Under the pieces are notes generated by a model. That model searched no databases and was not told the origin of the DNA. It worked only from the letters and a program-made list of their open reading frames with translations. From Ferrimicrobium sp. (GTDB taxonomy: Bacteria; Actinomycetota; Acidimicrobiia; Acidimicrobiales; Acidimicrobiaceae): a stretch of 64,000 nt of DNA. The position numbers were made by a program, and so were the translations under genes. Location: assembly GCF_027319265.1 (NCBI RefSeq), contig NZ_DAHVNP010000049.1:11558-75557 (forward strand). The letters run 5' to 3'. Shown in pieces: positions 17,301-26,087 of this stretch; within the stretch, counting starts at the first letter, position 1; every line of letters starts with the position of its first letter.

Positions 17301-20165
17301 ATGCGCGTTCCACAAGATATCACCCGTAACCGACGGGGGCCGTCGCGGGCACAGCTCATTCTGATCGGGGTTGTCGTACTCCTGATTGTCGTTCTGTTTT
17401 CGCTCAAGGGCATTGCTGTCTTCTATACCGACTTCCTCTGGTTTTCGAACTACCATCTCGACGAAATCTGGAAGGGTGTTCTTCTTGCCAAGGTAGAGCT
17501 CTGGATCGTCTTTGCAGCGATCTTCGCCGTCGCTTGTTACGTCTCCTTGACCATTGCAAACCATCATCTCCCAGCGATCACCCCCCAAGACGATGATCTC
17601 ATTCAGCGTTACCGCGCCACGAATGAACAACACCCCAAAATCGCCAAGATCGCCATCACGGTTGTCGCCACGCTCATCGTCGCCTCACAGGCACCAAGCG
17701 AGTGGAAAAACTGGCTACTCTTTCGCAACTACGTACCTTTCCCAACGAAGGACCCGCAGTTCCATCTGAACGCCGGCTTCTTCGTCTTCCGCCTACCCTT
17801 CATCCAGTTCCTCATCTCATGGAGCTTCCTCGCTGTTGCTGTCACCTTCGTCCTCACGATTGCCGTGGCCTATCTCAATGGTTCCCTGCGACTCCAGGGA
17901 CGGGGCACTCGTGCTACCGCCCACCTCAAGGCTCATATGTCGGTCCTACTCGCGGTTATGGCGCTCATCAAGGCCGTTGGCTACTACTTTCAGCGCTACC
18001 AACTTGACATGTCAACACGAGGATACGTCGAGGGGGCAAGCTACACCGATGTCCATGCACAGCTCCCTGCCATCAACCTGCTAATCTTCATCTCCGTTGT
18101 CGCCTGCGGCTTATTTGTCTTCAATATCTACCGACAGGGTTGGGTACTTCCCGTCCTGGCACTCGGGCTATGGGCCTTCATCTCGATTGTGCTCGGCGCC
18201 ATCTATCCCGCCTTGATTGAGAAGTTCGAGGTGGCACCGGCGCAGGAGCAAAAAGAGGCGCCCTACATTGAGCGTAATATCATCGCGACGCGCTATGCAA
18301 TGGGTCTGAACTCGATCTCGGCCGCTCCCTACGAAGCTGCAACCAATACGTCCTCTTCCGTAGCTCTCACCAATGACAACGCGCTTCAGTCAATCATCCT
18401 CTGGGGCTCTACCCAACCATTACAGACCTTCGACAAGCTGCAAGATATCCGGTCCTACTATCAATTCAACTCCTTGTCGATTGAGACCTATAAGGTGCAC
18501 GGGGTCACCACTCCCGTGCTCGTCGGTGTGCGTCAAATCAACTCCAACAACTTGCCCGCTCAATCCTGGGTTAACGAACACCTTCAATTCACCCACGGAT
18601 ACGGTGCCGCTCTCGCTGAAGCCAACACCGTCTCTAACGGAGGTAACCCGATCTTCGACATCGGCAACCTACCCCCTGTCTCCAAGGGTGGGGTGCCGGT
18701 GCTCCAACAGCCCCAGGTCTACTACGGCGAAGATATGAGCGGCTATGTCATCGCCAACACCAAGCAGCCAGAGATCGACTACCAGCTCCGATCGGGTGCC
18801 TCAGTGGAGACGCATTATCATTCAACGGGCGGTGTGCAACTCACGTCGATCATCAAACGAGCCGCCTTCGCGCTGCGCTTTGGCGACATCAACATCTTGG
18901 ACTCCTCTCTTGTTACCCCCCAATCGCGCATTATGTTCGAACGGGGCATCGTTACGCGTGCACAGATGGCCATGCCGTTCCTCAAGTACGGATCCCACCC
19001 GTACCCAGTGATCGCTAACGGACGGGTCTATTGGGTACTCAATGGCTACACTACGAGTCCGAACTACCCGTACGCTCAGGCCGCCAACACCAGCGCCGTC
19101 CCCTCGGGCAGTCAACTCGCCAACGGCAACTACAACTACATCCGGAACTCCGTCAAAGTGGTCATCGATGCCTACTCCGGCTCAATGCACTTCTACGTAT
19201 CCGATCCATCCGACCCAATGATCCAGGCCTACGAGAAGGCTTTCCCTCACGTCTTCCAGCCACTGTCCTCAATGAATCCGGCGATAGAAGAGCATCTCCG
19301 CTACCCAAGCGATCTGTTATCAGTGCAGGCGCAAATGTACGGGCTCTATCACGTCACCAGTGCCTCGAACTTCTACTCAGCGGGTAATGCATGGGAGGTC
19401 TCAGCGAGCCCAGCGATCGGCCAAATCCCTTCAGGAACCAGTGGTGGCTTTGCCTCGCTCTCAAGCACAAGCAACTCCCCGATGTTGCCGGTCTACGAGA
19501 TGATGCAGCTTCCAGGGTCCAAGTCGACCAATCTCAGCCTTGTGGAAGCCTACGTCCCTTACTCCCCATCAGGCTCGACCCAGAACCTCACCGGCTTCTT
19601 GGTCGGCCAATCGTCTCCCTCTAATCCCTATCAACTCACCACGCTGATCACGCCGAACGGCGAGCAGATTGATGGTCCCAACCAGATCACCTCTCGCATG
19701 ACATCACAGACAGCGGTATCACAGGAACTCACCCTTCTCGATCAACACGGATCCAACGTTGACTTCGGATCGACCTCTGCCATACCGCTTGGACAAAATC
19801 TCCTTTGGGTCACGCCTCTCTACGTCTCAAGTACCTCCAACCCAATTCCTGAAATCAAAGAGATCGTCGCCGCCTACGGAACCAACATCGCCATCAGCCC
19901 AACGGTCGCTGGCGACCTTCAGCAGATCTTTGGGGTAATTCCAAATGGGGCCGAAGGAAGTCAAAAGGCCGCAACCTCCGTTCCGAGCACGGTTGTCTCA
20001 TCACAGGCCTCGAGTATCATCGCGAAAGCCCAGGCTCTTTATACCAAGGCACAGGCTGCACTCAAGTCCGGGAACCTCTCGCAGTACCAGCAGGACATCA
20101 ACCAAATTGGCGCGCTGCTCAACGAGATTTCTACCAAGGTTAAGGCTTCCACGGCTAAGAAGTAG
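17301..20165 (+). CDS. UPF0182 family large membrane protein
   Basis: 954 aa. About 7 N-terminal TM helices with YTDFLWF, then a large extracytoplasmic region with PQVYYGE and NYIRNSVKVVIDAYSG. The size and layout are typical of actinobacterial UPF0182. Confidence 0.85.
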   Translation: MRVPQDITRNRRGPSRAQLILIGVVVLLIVVLFSLKGIAVFYTDFLWFSNYHLDEIWKGVLLAKVELWIVFAAIFAVACYVSLTIANHHLPAITPQDDDLIQRYRATNEQHPKIAKIAITVVATLIVASQAPSEWKNWLLFRNYVPFPTKDPQFHLNAGFFVFRLPFIQFLISWSFLAVAVTFVLTIAVAYLNGSLRLQGRGTRATAHLKAHMSVLLAVMALIKAVGYYFQRYQLDMSTRGYVEGASYTDVHAQLPAINLLIFISVVACGLFVFNIYRQGWVLPVLALGLWAFISIVLGAIYPALIEKFEVAPAQEQKEAPYIERNIIATRYAMGLNSISAAPYEAATNTSSSVALTNDNALQSIILWGSTQPLQTFDKLQDIRSYYQFNSLSIETYKVHGVTTPVLVGVRQINSNNLPAQSWVNEHLQFTHGYGAALAEANTVSNGGNPIFDIGNLPPVSKGGVPVLQQPQVYYGEDMSGYVIANTKQPEIDYQLRSGASVETHYHSTGGVQLTSIIKRAAFALRFGDINILDSSLVTPQSRIMFERGIVTRAQMAMPFLKYGSHPYPVIANGRVYWVLNGYTTSPNYPYAQAANTSAVPSGSQLANGNYNYIRNSVKVVIDAYSGSMHFYVSDPSDPMIQAYEKAFPHVFQPLSSMNPAIEEHLRYPSDLLSVQAQMYGLYHVTSASNFYSAGNAWEVSASPAIGQIPSGTSGGFASLSSTSNSPMLPVYEMMQLPGSKSTNLSLVEAYVPYSPSGSTQNLTGFLVGQSSPSNPYQLTTLITPNGEQIDGPNQITSRMTSQTAVSQELTLLDQHGSNVDFGSTSAIPLGQNLLWVTPLYVSSTSNPIPEIKEIVAAYGTNIAISPTVAGDLQQIFGVIPNGAEGSQKAATSVPSTVVSSQASSIIAKAQALYTKAQAALKSGNLSQYQQDINQIGALLNEISTKVKASTAKK

Positions 20166-20195
20166 TCAACGGTCCAGCTATACTGAATAGGACAA

Positions 20196-20320
<125 letters not shown>

Positions 20321-20528
20321 CCCGCAGATCCATCTCATGGACCATCCTATGAATGCTGCCTCTTCGGATTTCGACGGGTGGGACGTTCGACAGCTACTCC
20401 CAGATGGGTTTGCCGGCATCGAGAAGCACCAGACCCTGAAGTTGCGGATCGATGTGGAGTCGAACGCTGGCCACGTTCCCGTGAACCATTGGTTTGGTAT
20501 CTGTTAGCTACCATGCTATATTGGTAAG

Positions 20529-20990
20529 GTGGCTAACGAAGTAACGGACCCTCAGCACGAGTCGGCCGGGGCGTGGGCGAAGAAGTATTATCTTGCATCG
20601 CGGCTGGTGATGGAATCTGTGCTGCGCCCCCACGATCTCGGCCCCACACAGTGGTACGTGCTCTACCACCTTGCAACGGTGGGCGAGATCCCACAGCGTG
20701 ACCTCGCAGCCCTGCTCCAGGTTGAACGAGCAACCCTCACCGGCGTGGTCGCCGCCTTGGTCCGCAAAGGATTGCTCGTACAGGAGCCGAGCCGCACCGA
20801 TCAGCGACAGAAGATGTTGAGGCTTACTCCGGCCGGTGCCGCGTTGTGGCCAAAGCTGCCCGACCCGATAGCCCTGATTCTGGGGACCGCGTTTGATGGC
20901 ATCGCAGCGTCTGAGGTGGAAACCACTGTCCACGTTCTTCGTACCGCCACTGGCAAGCTCCATGACCTTCTATCGAAAGGAACACCATGA
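20529..20990 (+). CDS. MarR family transcriptional regulator
   Basis: 153 aa with the winged helix LGPTQWYVLYHLATVGEIPQRDLAALLQVERATLTGVVAALVRKGLLVQEPSRTDQRQK. Confidence 0.85.
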   Translation: MANEVTDPQHESAGAWAKKYYLASRLVMESVLRPHDLGPTQWYVLYHLATVGEIPQRDLAALLQVERATLTGVVAALVRKGLLVQEPSRTDQRQKMLRLTPAGAALWPKLPDPIALILGTAFDGIAASEVETTVHVLRTATGKLHDLLSKGTP

Positions 20991-21802
20991 CCATTCTTAT
21001 CACCGGTGCAACCGGATTGGTCGGCTCTCGCCTCATTCCACGCCTGGTCGACGCGGGGTACAACTGTCGTGCACTCGTGCGACCCGGTGGGCCCCTCCCC
21101 GACGGTGTCACGTCGGTCGCCGGAGACCTCCTGGATCCGACTACCCTCCCGGAAGCCGTGGAGGGAATCTCCGCCGTGATCCACCTAGCAGCCGTTCTGC
21201 GGACCCCAGATCCGGAGCAGATACGGCGAGTCAACGTCGACGGCACCCACAACCTCATCACAGCGGTCCGGACCCATGCCCCCGAGGCACGAATAATCAT
21301 GGCTAGCACCAATCTCGTCTACGACGAACATCTGCCTTGGCCAGCGCGCGAAGACGATCCTGTTGACCCGCCCCGCCCCTACCCGGCCAGCAAGGTCATC
21401 GCCGAGCAGGAACTTCGGCGCAGCGGCCTGACGTGGAGCATCCTGCGGTTCGCTTTCGTCTACGGCGACGGCGACGGCCATCTGCAATCGGCGCCCGGAC
21501 TCTTGGGGTCATGGGGATGGCATCCCGCCGCCACGTTGAGTTTGATCCACCATCGTGACATCGCTACCGCCATGCAACTCGCCCTCACCGGAGTTCTCGA
21601 TCGGCGGATCGTCAACCTCGCGGACGATGCTCCCACCTCGGTATACGAGATCGCCCGCATCGTCGGCACCGACTACCCCACATCGGCTCAGCCCCTTGAA
21701 AACCCCTGGAACGGACACGTCGATGGAACCCTCGCCAGAAGTCTCGGCTTCGCTCCTATGGTGCGTAGCGTTTACCAAGCTGCCGACGAGGAGTCTCTCT
21801 AG
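20987..21802 (+). CDS. NAD(P)-dependent epimerase/dehydratase (atypical/extended SDR) family protein
   Basis: ILITGATGLVGSRL Rossmann motif and YPASKVIAE (YxxxK). It shares an ATGA overlap with marR, and its stop lies just before att copy 2. Confidence 0.8.
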   Translation: MTILITGATGLVGSRLIPRLVDAGYNCRALVRPGGPLPDGVTSVAGDLLDPTTLPEAVEGISAVIHLAAVLRTPDPEQIRRVNVDGTHNLITAVRTHAPEARIIMASTNLVYDEHLPWPAREDDPVDPPRPYPASKVIAEQELRRSGLTWSILRFAFVYGDGDGHLQSAPGLLGSWGWHPAATLSLIHHRDIATAMQLALTGVLDRRIVNLADDAPTSVYEIARIVGTDYPTSAQPLENPWNGHVDGTLARSLGFAPMVRSVYQAADEESL

Positions 21803-21805
21803 AGC

Positions 21806-21900
21806 GGCTCATGGCCCAAAGGTCGCAGGTTCAAATCCTACCCCCGCCACCAAGGAAAGTGCAGGCCAGGGCCAGTCTCTAGGGACTGGCCTTTCTGCTG
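21806..21900 (+). repeat. Direct repeat copy 2 (att-like), degenerate pseudo-tRNA 3' half
   Basis: The sequence is ggctcatggcccaaaggtcgcaggttcaaatcctacccccgccaccaaggaaagtgcaggccagggccagtctctagggactggcctttctgctg. The 5' 20 nt diverge from the tRNA. The T-stem carries a mismatch, so it is not a functional tRNA. Confidence 0.9.
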
Positions 21901-21951
21901 GCCCCCAAAGATTCCCAAAGGCAACCCCAAAATATCGCTACGCTTGCTTTC

Positions 21952-22359
21952 GTGTGTGGATCGAAACGTGAGATCAAGCGAGGCGTCTTGGAGCTGCGGG
22001 TCTTCCTCGAGAAGGACCCAGTCACCGGGAAGTACAAGGTGCACTCGAAGACATTCCACGGCTCGGCACAAGCAGCAGACGAACCACTCCGAGACCTCAT
22101 CGACCAGCAAGCCCCCCTCCGGCTCAGATGGGATCGGAGCGACCTTCGGTCAGCTCCCCGAGTGAGGCCATTATTCCGCCTGACTGTCACCGTCGAAGAG
22201 GCGGCGGTCGTCCTTGGTATCTCTCGTGCCACCGCCTACGACGCCGTGAACCGTGGCGAGATTCCCTGCATCCGGATTGGGCGACGCATCCTCGTGCCTG
22301 TGGTTGCCCTCAACCGACTCCTGGAGAGCGCCGGACCGGACGAATCGGGCGACACTTAA
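21952..22359 (+). pseudogene. Chimeric ORF: tyrosine integrase N-terminal arm-binding fragment fused to an excisionase/MerR-type HTH
   Basis: KRGVLELRVFLEKDPVTGKYKVHSKTFHGSAQAADEPLRDLI is the typical N-terminus of actinobacterial tyrosine integrases. It continues into LTVEEAAVVLGISRATAYDAVNRGEIPCIRIGRRILVP (HTH_17/Xis type). No catalytic R-H-R-Y domain is present. Confidence 0.55.
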
Positions 22360-22418
22360 CCTCCCACACCGCCGATCCTTATTGGAGGTTGTACACTAAC
22401 ATCTAACAAGGAGATTCC

Positions 22419-23709
22419 ATGTCTACGGTTCTGAAGCGGCGCTGGAGGAGCGATGTCGGCGGCACCGGGCTACCTCGCAAGGACAGTCGGTCATGCGAAT
22501 ACGAGGCGTATGTCCCAGATCATCTCATGGGAAGGCGGTTTTTCCTAGAGGGTGAAGTCGCTGCCGATGTTGCAGATGCCGAGGCGGCGATCGTTCGTCT
22601 GAACATCGAAGCGAACGCTCGTGTTGACACTGAGGCGCTCGCTCGAATCCTCCTTCGTGCCGAAGCCGTGGCCTCATCACGGATTGAAGGACTGGAGGTC
22701 GGAGCACGACGTCTGCTCCATGCCGAGGTCGTTCGAGGAATGCACCAGGCGGCAGCCGACGTCACGGCAGCCGAGGTCCTCAATAACATCGACGCCATGG
22801 TATTTGCGGTCGAGAGCATCGATGCCGGGGATCCCATCACCGTGGACATCCTCCTCGACATGCACCGTCGTCTCCTTGCTGGCACACGACTTGAACAGTA
22901 CGGAGGTATCGCCAGAGACCAACAAAACTGGATTGGTGGAAGCGCCAACAACCCCTGCGCTGCCGTCTTCGTCCCCCCCTCCCCCTGAATTCGTCAACGA
23001 ACTTCTTAAAGACCTGTGCGCCTTCTGCTACACGGACGATCTCCCACCTGTTGCGCAAGCTGCCATCGCGCATGCCCAGTTTGAGACGATCCACCCGTTC
23101 GTGGACGGAAACGGAAGAACAGGTCGAGCCCTGATCCATCTCATCCTTCGACGTCGGGGACTCGCTCTCCGAACGCTTCCTCCCGTGTCCCTGGTGCTCG
23201 CTACGTGGGCGAGGGATTACATCGACGGGTTGACCCTGTTCCGCTACGTCGGATCACCAACGTCCCCTGCCGCCATCGACGGGCTCAACACGTGGATTGG
23301 GCGCTTCGCAAGTGCTTGCACGAGGTCCGTCGCTGACGCCAGCACGTACGAACGACGAGCGGCTGAGCTAGAAGTGGAGTGGCGTGAACGACTGGGATCT
23401 GTCCGTGCCAACTCCGGAACGGACGTTCTCCTCCGGGTACTTCCCGGTGCGCCAATCCTGACTGCGGACAGTGCCGCAACGCTCCTCGGACGTACCTACA
23501 AACCAGCAGCGGCAGCGATCCAACGTCTCGTCGATGCCGGGATTCTCCGACAGGTGAACATCGGGCGGCGCAACAAGGCATTCGAGGCGCCAGAGGTCAT
23601 CGCCGCCTTCACTGCACTGGAGCGCCAGCTCGCTAGTCCCGAGGGCGACACTCGCACGAGTGAGCCCGTGCGTACTGTGCCTCGACACAGGGGGATCGCA
23701 GTAACATGA
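22419..23709 (+). pseudogene. Fic family (AMPylase-type) protein, disrupted by a 1-nt frameshift in a C7 run at 22973-22979
   Basis: Frame 0 ends ...[20 protein letters not shown]. Frame +1 continues [14 protein letters not shown]...[22 protein letters not shown] (Fic motif HPFxDGNGRxGR) plus a C-terminal wHTH. Removing one C restores VFVPPPPEFV. Confidence 0.8.
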
Positions 23710-23791
23710 GGGTCGAAGCCGTAGCGTTGACTGTCAGCTGGACAACTGGTGTGCTGCTTCGCGGAGGCTCAGAGCCAAGGCAACTCAACAG

Positions 23792-24715
23792 TCATTGGTG
23801 AGTCGTCTGTTCGTGCAACTGATGCCGTGCAGGCTCAAGTTGAAAGGTGCAATGTTCGACATCAAAATGCCCAGAGAGACACTCCCCAAGTTCATCTAGT
23901 ATCGTCGCCGCTCCACCACGATCGAAGACGATATCTTCGATCACGACATGCGCAGAAAGCACCGGATTGCCGCTCGTAATCGTCCAGACATGAAGATCGT
24001 GGACCGCCAACACTCCTGGTGTTGACTGGATATGTTCTCGTATCTCAGCCATGTTGATATCTCTTGGCGTCGCCTCCAAGAGCACATCCACCGTTTCACG
24101 CAACAACTTCATCGTTCTCGGCACAATGAGGATTCCGATCAGGAGCGAGGCAAGCGCGTCGGCTCGTTCAAACCCGGCCGCCGCGATCAAGGCCGCCGCG
24201 ATCAACACCGCAATCGCTCCAAGCAGGTCAGAGAGGGTCTCGAGAAAGGCCCCCCGTATATTCAAGCTTTCTCCTTGGCCGGGACGCAGGATCGCCAAAC
24301 TTATCCCATTGCCAACCAGTGCTACCACACCAAAGATGGTCATGATGCCCGCAGATGCCACTTCCGGGTGGATCAGACGCAAGATTGCCTCAACGATAAT
24401 GAAAATCCCGACTCCAAAGAGTAAGACGGCATTGATCACTGCCGCGAATATTTCCGCTCGTTGGTAGCCAAAAGTTCGCGCATCATTCGAAGGTCGACGA
24501 CCAAACCAGATACCGAGGAGTGAGAGACCAATGCCAGCGACATCCGTCGCCACATGGCCAGCATCAGCGAGGAGAGCGAGTGAATGGCCCAACAACCCAC
24601 CGATGACCTCTGCGGCCAGTACCGTCAGGCTGATCCCAAGTACGAACTTGAGTCGACCCCGATGACGGCTACCAGCCGTTGCGGTGAAGGCGTGATGGTC
24701 GTGTGCTTGTGCCAC
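23792..24715 (-). CDS. Cation diffusion facilitator (CzcD/ZitB-type) metal efflux transporter
   Basis: 307 aa with a His-rich N-terminus, HSLALLADAGHVATD (TM2 metal site) and a C-terminal cytoplasmic domain with HDLHVW. Confidence 0.9.
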   Translation of the reverse strand: MAQAHDHHAFTATAGSRHRGRLKFVLGISLTVLAAEVIGGLLGHSLALLADAGHVATDVAGIGLSLLGIWFGRRPSNDARTFGYQRAEIFAAVINAVLLFGVGIFIIVEAILRLIHPEVASAGIMTIFGVVALVGNGISLAILRPGQGESLNIRGAFLETLSDLLGAIAVLIAAALIAAAGFERADALASLLIGILIVPRTMKLLRETVDVLLEATPRDINMAEIREHIQSTPGVLAVHDLHVWTITSGNPVLSAHVVIEDIVFDRGGAATILDELGECLSGHFDVEHCTFQLEPARHQLHEQTTHQ

Positions 24716-25133
24716 TGTTTACAATCCTCGACAGCGGCGACGGGCCGAACAGGAATCGGCAGACAGACGCATACCAGCCCCCCAGGATCGGCATCCGAGC
24801 ATCCGACTTGTTCCCAAGACCACATGCGCTTGGCACGCGCTGGAACTCGTTCCGGAGACGTCGACCACCTCAACCAGTCTACCGAGATCGCAACATGAAA
24901 AGAGCGCGAGCCCAATCGATGGTTGCTCCAGCTGCAGGCTCCAACAGGCATCGCTGCCCCACTCCGAAGAACCTCTTTGCAGGAGCAGATGTCTTGCTCC
25001 GGTTACTCAGCCGTGCCGACCGCCCATCACCACGCAAACACAATCCCACACCACAGGAGCAGATGGGTATGGCACCCCTCGCGGATGCGTAGCGGAACAT
25101 GAGACTCCACCTCTAGCGGTAATCATCTGCATT

Positions 25134-25153
25134 ATTTCGCAATTTCGCAATTT
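25134..25153. promoter_or_regulatory. Tandem octamer ATTTCGCA x2.5 immediately upstream of the ArsR-family gene
   Basis: The sequence is atttcgcaatttcgcaattt, followed by atgatagt (TATGAT -10-like). It is a candidate operator or promoter element. Confidence 0.35.
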
Positions 25154-25597
25154 ATGATAGTGCTTAGCATTCCTGGCGGTAAGATCTCCACCATGGAACG
25201 AACATCTCTCGCCCCTTCGACAGCGGGCGCGACGCCTCTCTACGAGCTCAAAGCGGAGTTTTTCAAGGCGATGGGCCATCCCATCCGCATCAGAGTCTTG
25301 GAGCTGCTCTCGGGGGGACCGCTCAGCGTCAGTGATCTCAATGCCCAGATTGGGGCGAACGCACCCCACCTCTCACAACAGCTCAACGTGCTCAAACGTG
25401 CAGGGCTTATCAGCTCTGAGCGGAGCGAAAAATACGTCGTCTATTCACTCGCGTTCCCAGAGCTCATCGAATTGCTCGCCGTTGCCAGGCGTATTCTGAT
25501 CGACGTTCTTGCCCAGCGCAGCGATCTCCTGATCGACCTCCAAGCCTCGTACCCACTACCAAATCGCCCAAACGTCCTACAACCCCCCAGCGCATAG
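25154..25597 (+). CDS. ArsR/SmtB family transcriptional regulator (no metal-site cysteines)
   Basis: LKAEFFKAMGHPIRIRVLELLSGGPLSVSDLNAQIGANAPHLSQQLNVLKRAGLI. LSVSDL replaces the usual ELCVCDL. The start may be ATG 25193. There is a 7-nt gap to the next gene. Confidence 0.85.
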   Translation: MIVLSIPGGKISTMERTSLAPSTAGATPLYELKAEFFKAMGHPIRIRVLELLSGGPLSVSDLNAQIGANAPHLSQQLNVLKRAGLISSERSEKYVVYSLAFPELIELLAVARRILIDVLAQRSDLLIDLQASYPLPNRPNVLQPPSA

Positions 25598-25604
25598 CTC
25601 GCCA

Positions 25605-26087
25605 ATGCTCAAACAACTCCTTCGCACCATCATCCATGCGGGAAGGGTCAGCGAGACTGAGCCCCCCTCAGAGCAGACCTCGGAACAGCCAGCTTTCCCT
25701 TCTGGCTCCGTGCATCTACGTCATCTCGATGTGGGGTCCTGCAACGGCTGTGAACTCGAAATCAACGCCTGCTTCTCGTCGATCTATGACATCGAACAGT
25801 ACGGTATCTCCATGGCGGCCTCGCCACGTCACTGCGATGGCGTTCTCATCACAGGAGTCGTCACCAAGAACCTGGTGGGTCCGCTCCATCAAACCATCGC
25901 GGCCGTCCCTGCCCCTAAGCGCCTCATCGCCATCGGGGACTGCGCCATCAACGGAGGTCCCTTCCTTGCTAGCTATGCCGTCGAGGGAAGCCCGGCCGAT
26001 CTCGTCCCTATCGATCTAAAGGTTCCCGGCTGTCCACCTGATCCAGCTGCGATCGTCGCAGCATTGCGAGAACTGAGTGGCAGATGA
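25605..26087 (+). CDS. NuoB/HycG-like small subunit of a complex I / group 4 hydrogenase-related (Ehr-type) complex
   Basis: 160 aa with VGSCNGCELEI, ASPRHCDGVLITG, IGDCA and VPGCPP. Four Cys for one 4Fe-4S cluster are retained. Confidence 0.85.
   Translation: MLKQLLRTIIHAGRVSETEPPSEQTSEQPAFPSGSVHLRHLDVGSCNGCELEINACFSSIYDIEQYGISMAASPRHCDGVLITGVVTKNLVGPLHQTIAAVPAPKRLIAIGDCAINGGPFLASYAVEGSPADLVPIDLKVPGCPPDPAAIVAALRELSGR

Noticed and set aside
22621-22985. N-terminal 120 codons of the 22621..23709 track ORF as real coding sequence
   Set aside because: This part is the out-of-frame shadow of the Fic N-terminal region. Only the sequence downstream of the C-run (from about 22975) matches Fic family sequence.
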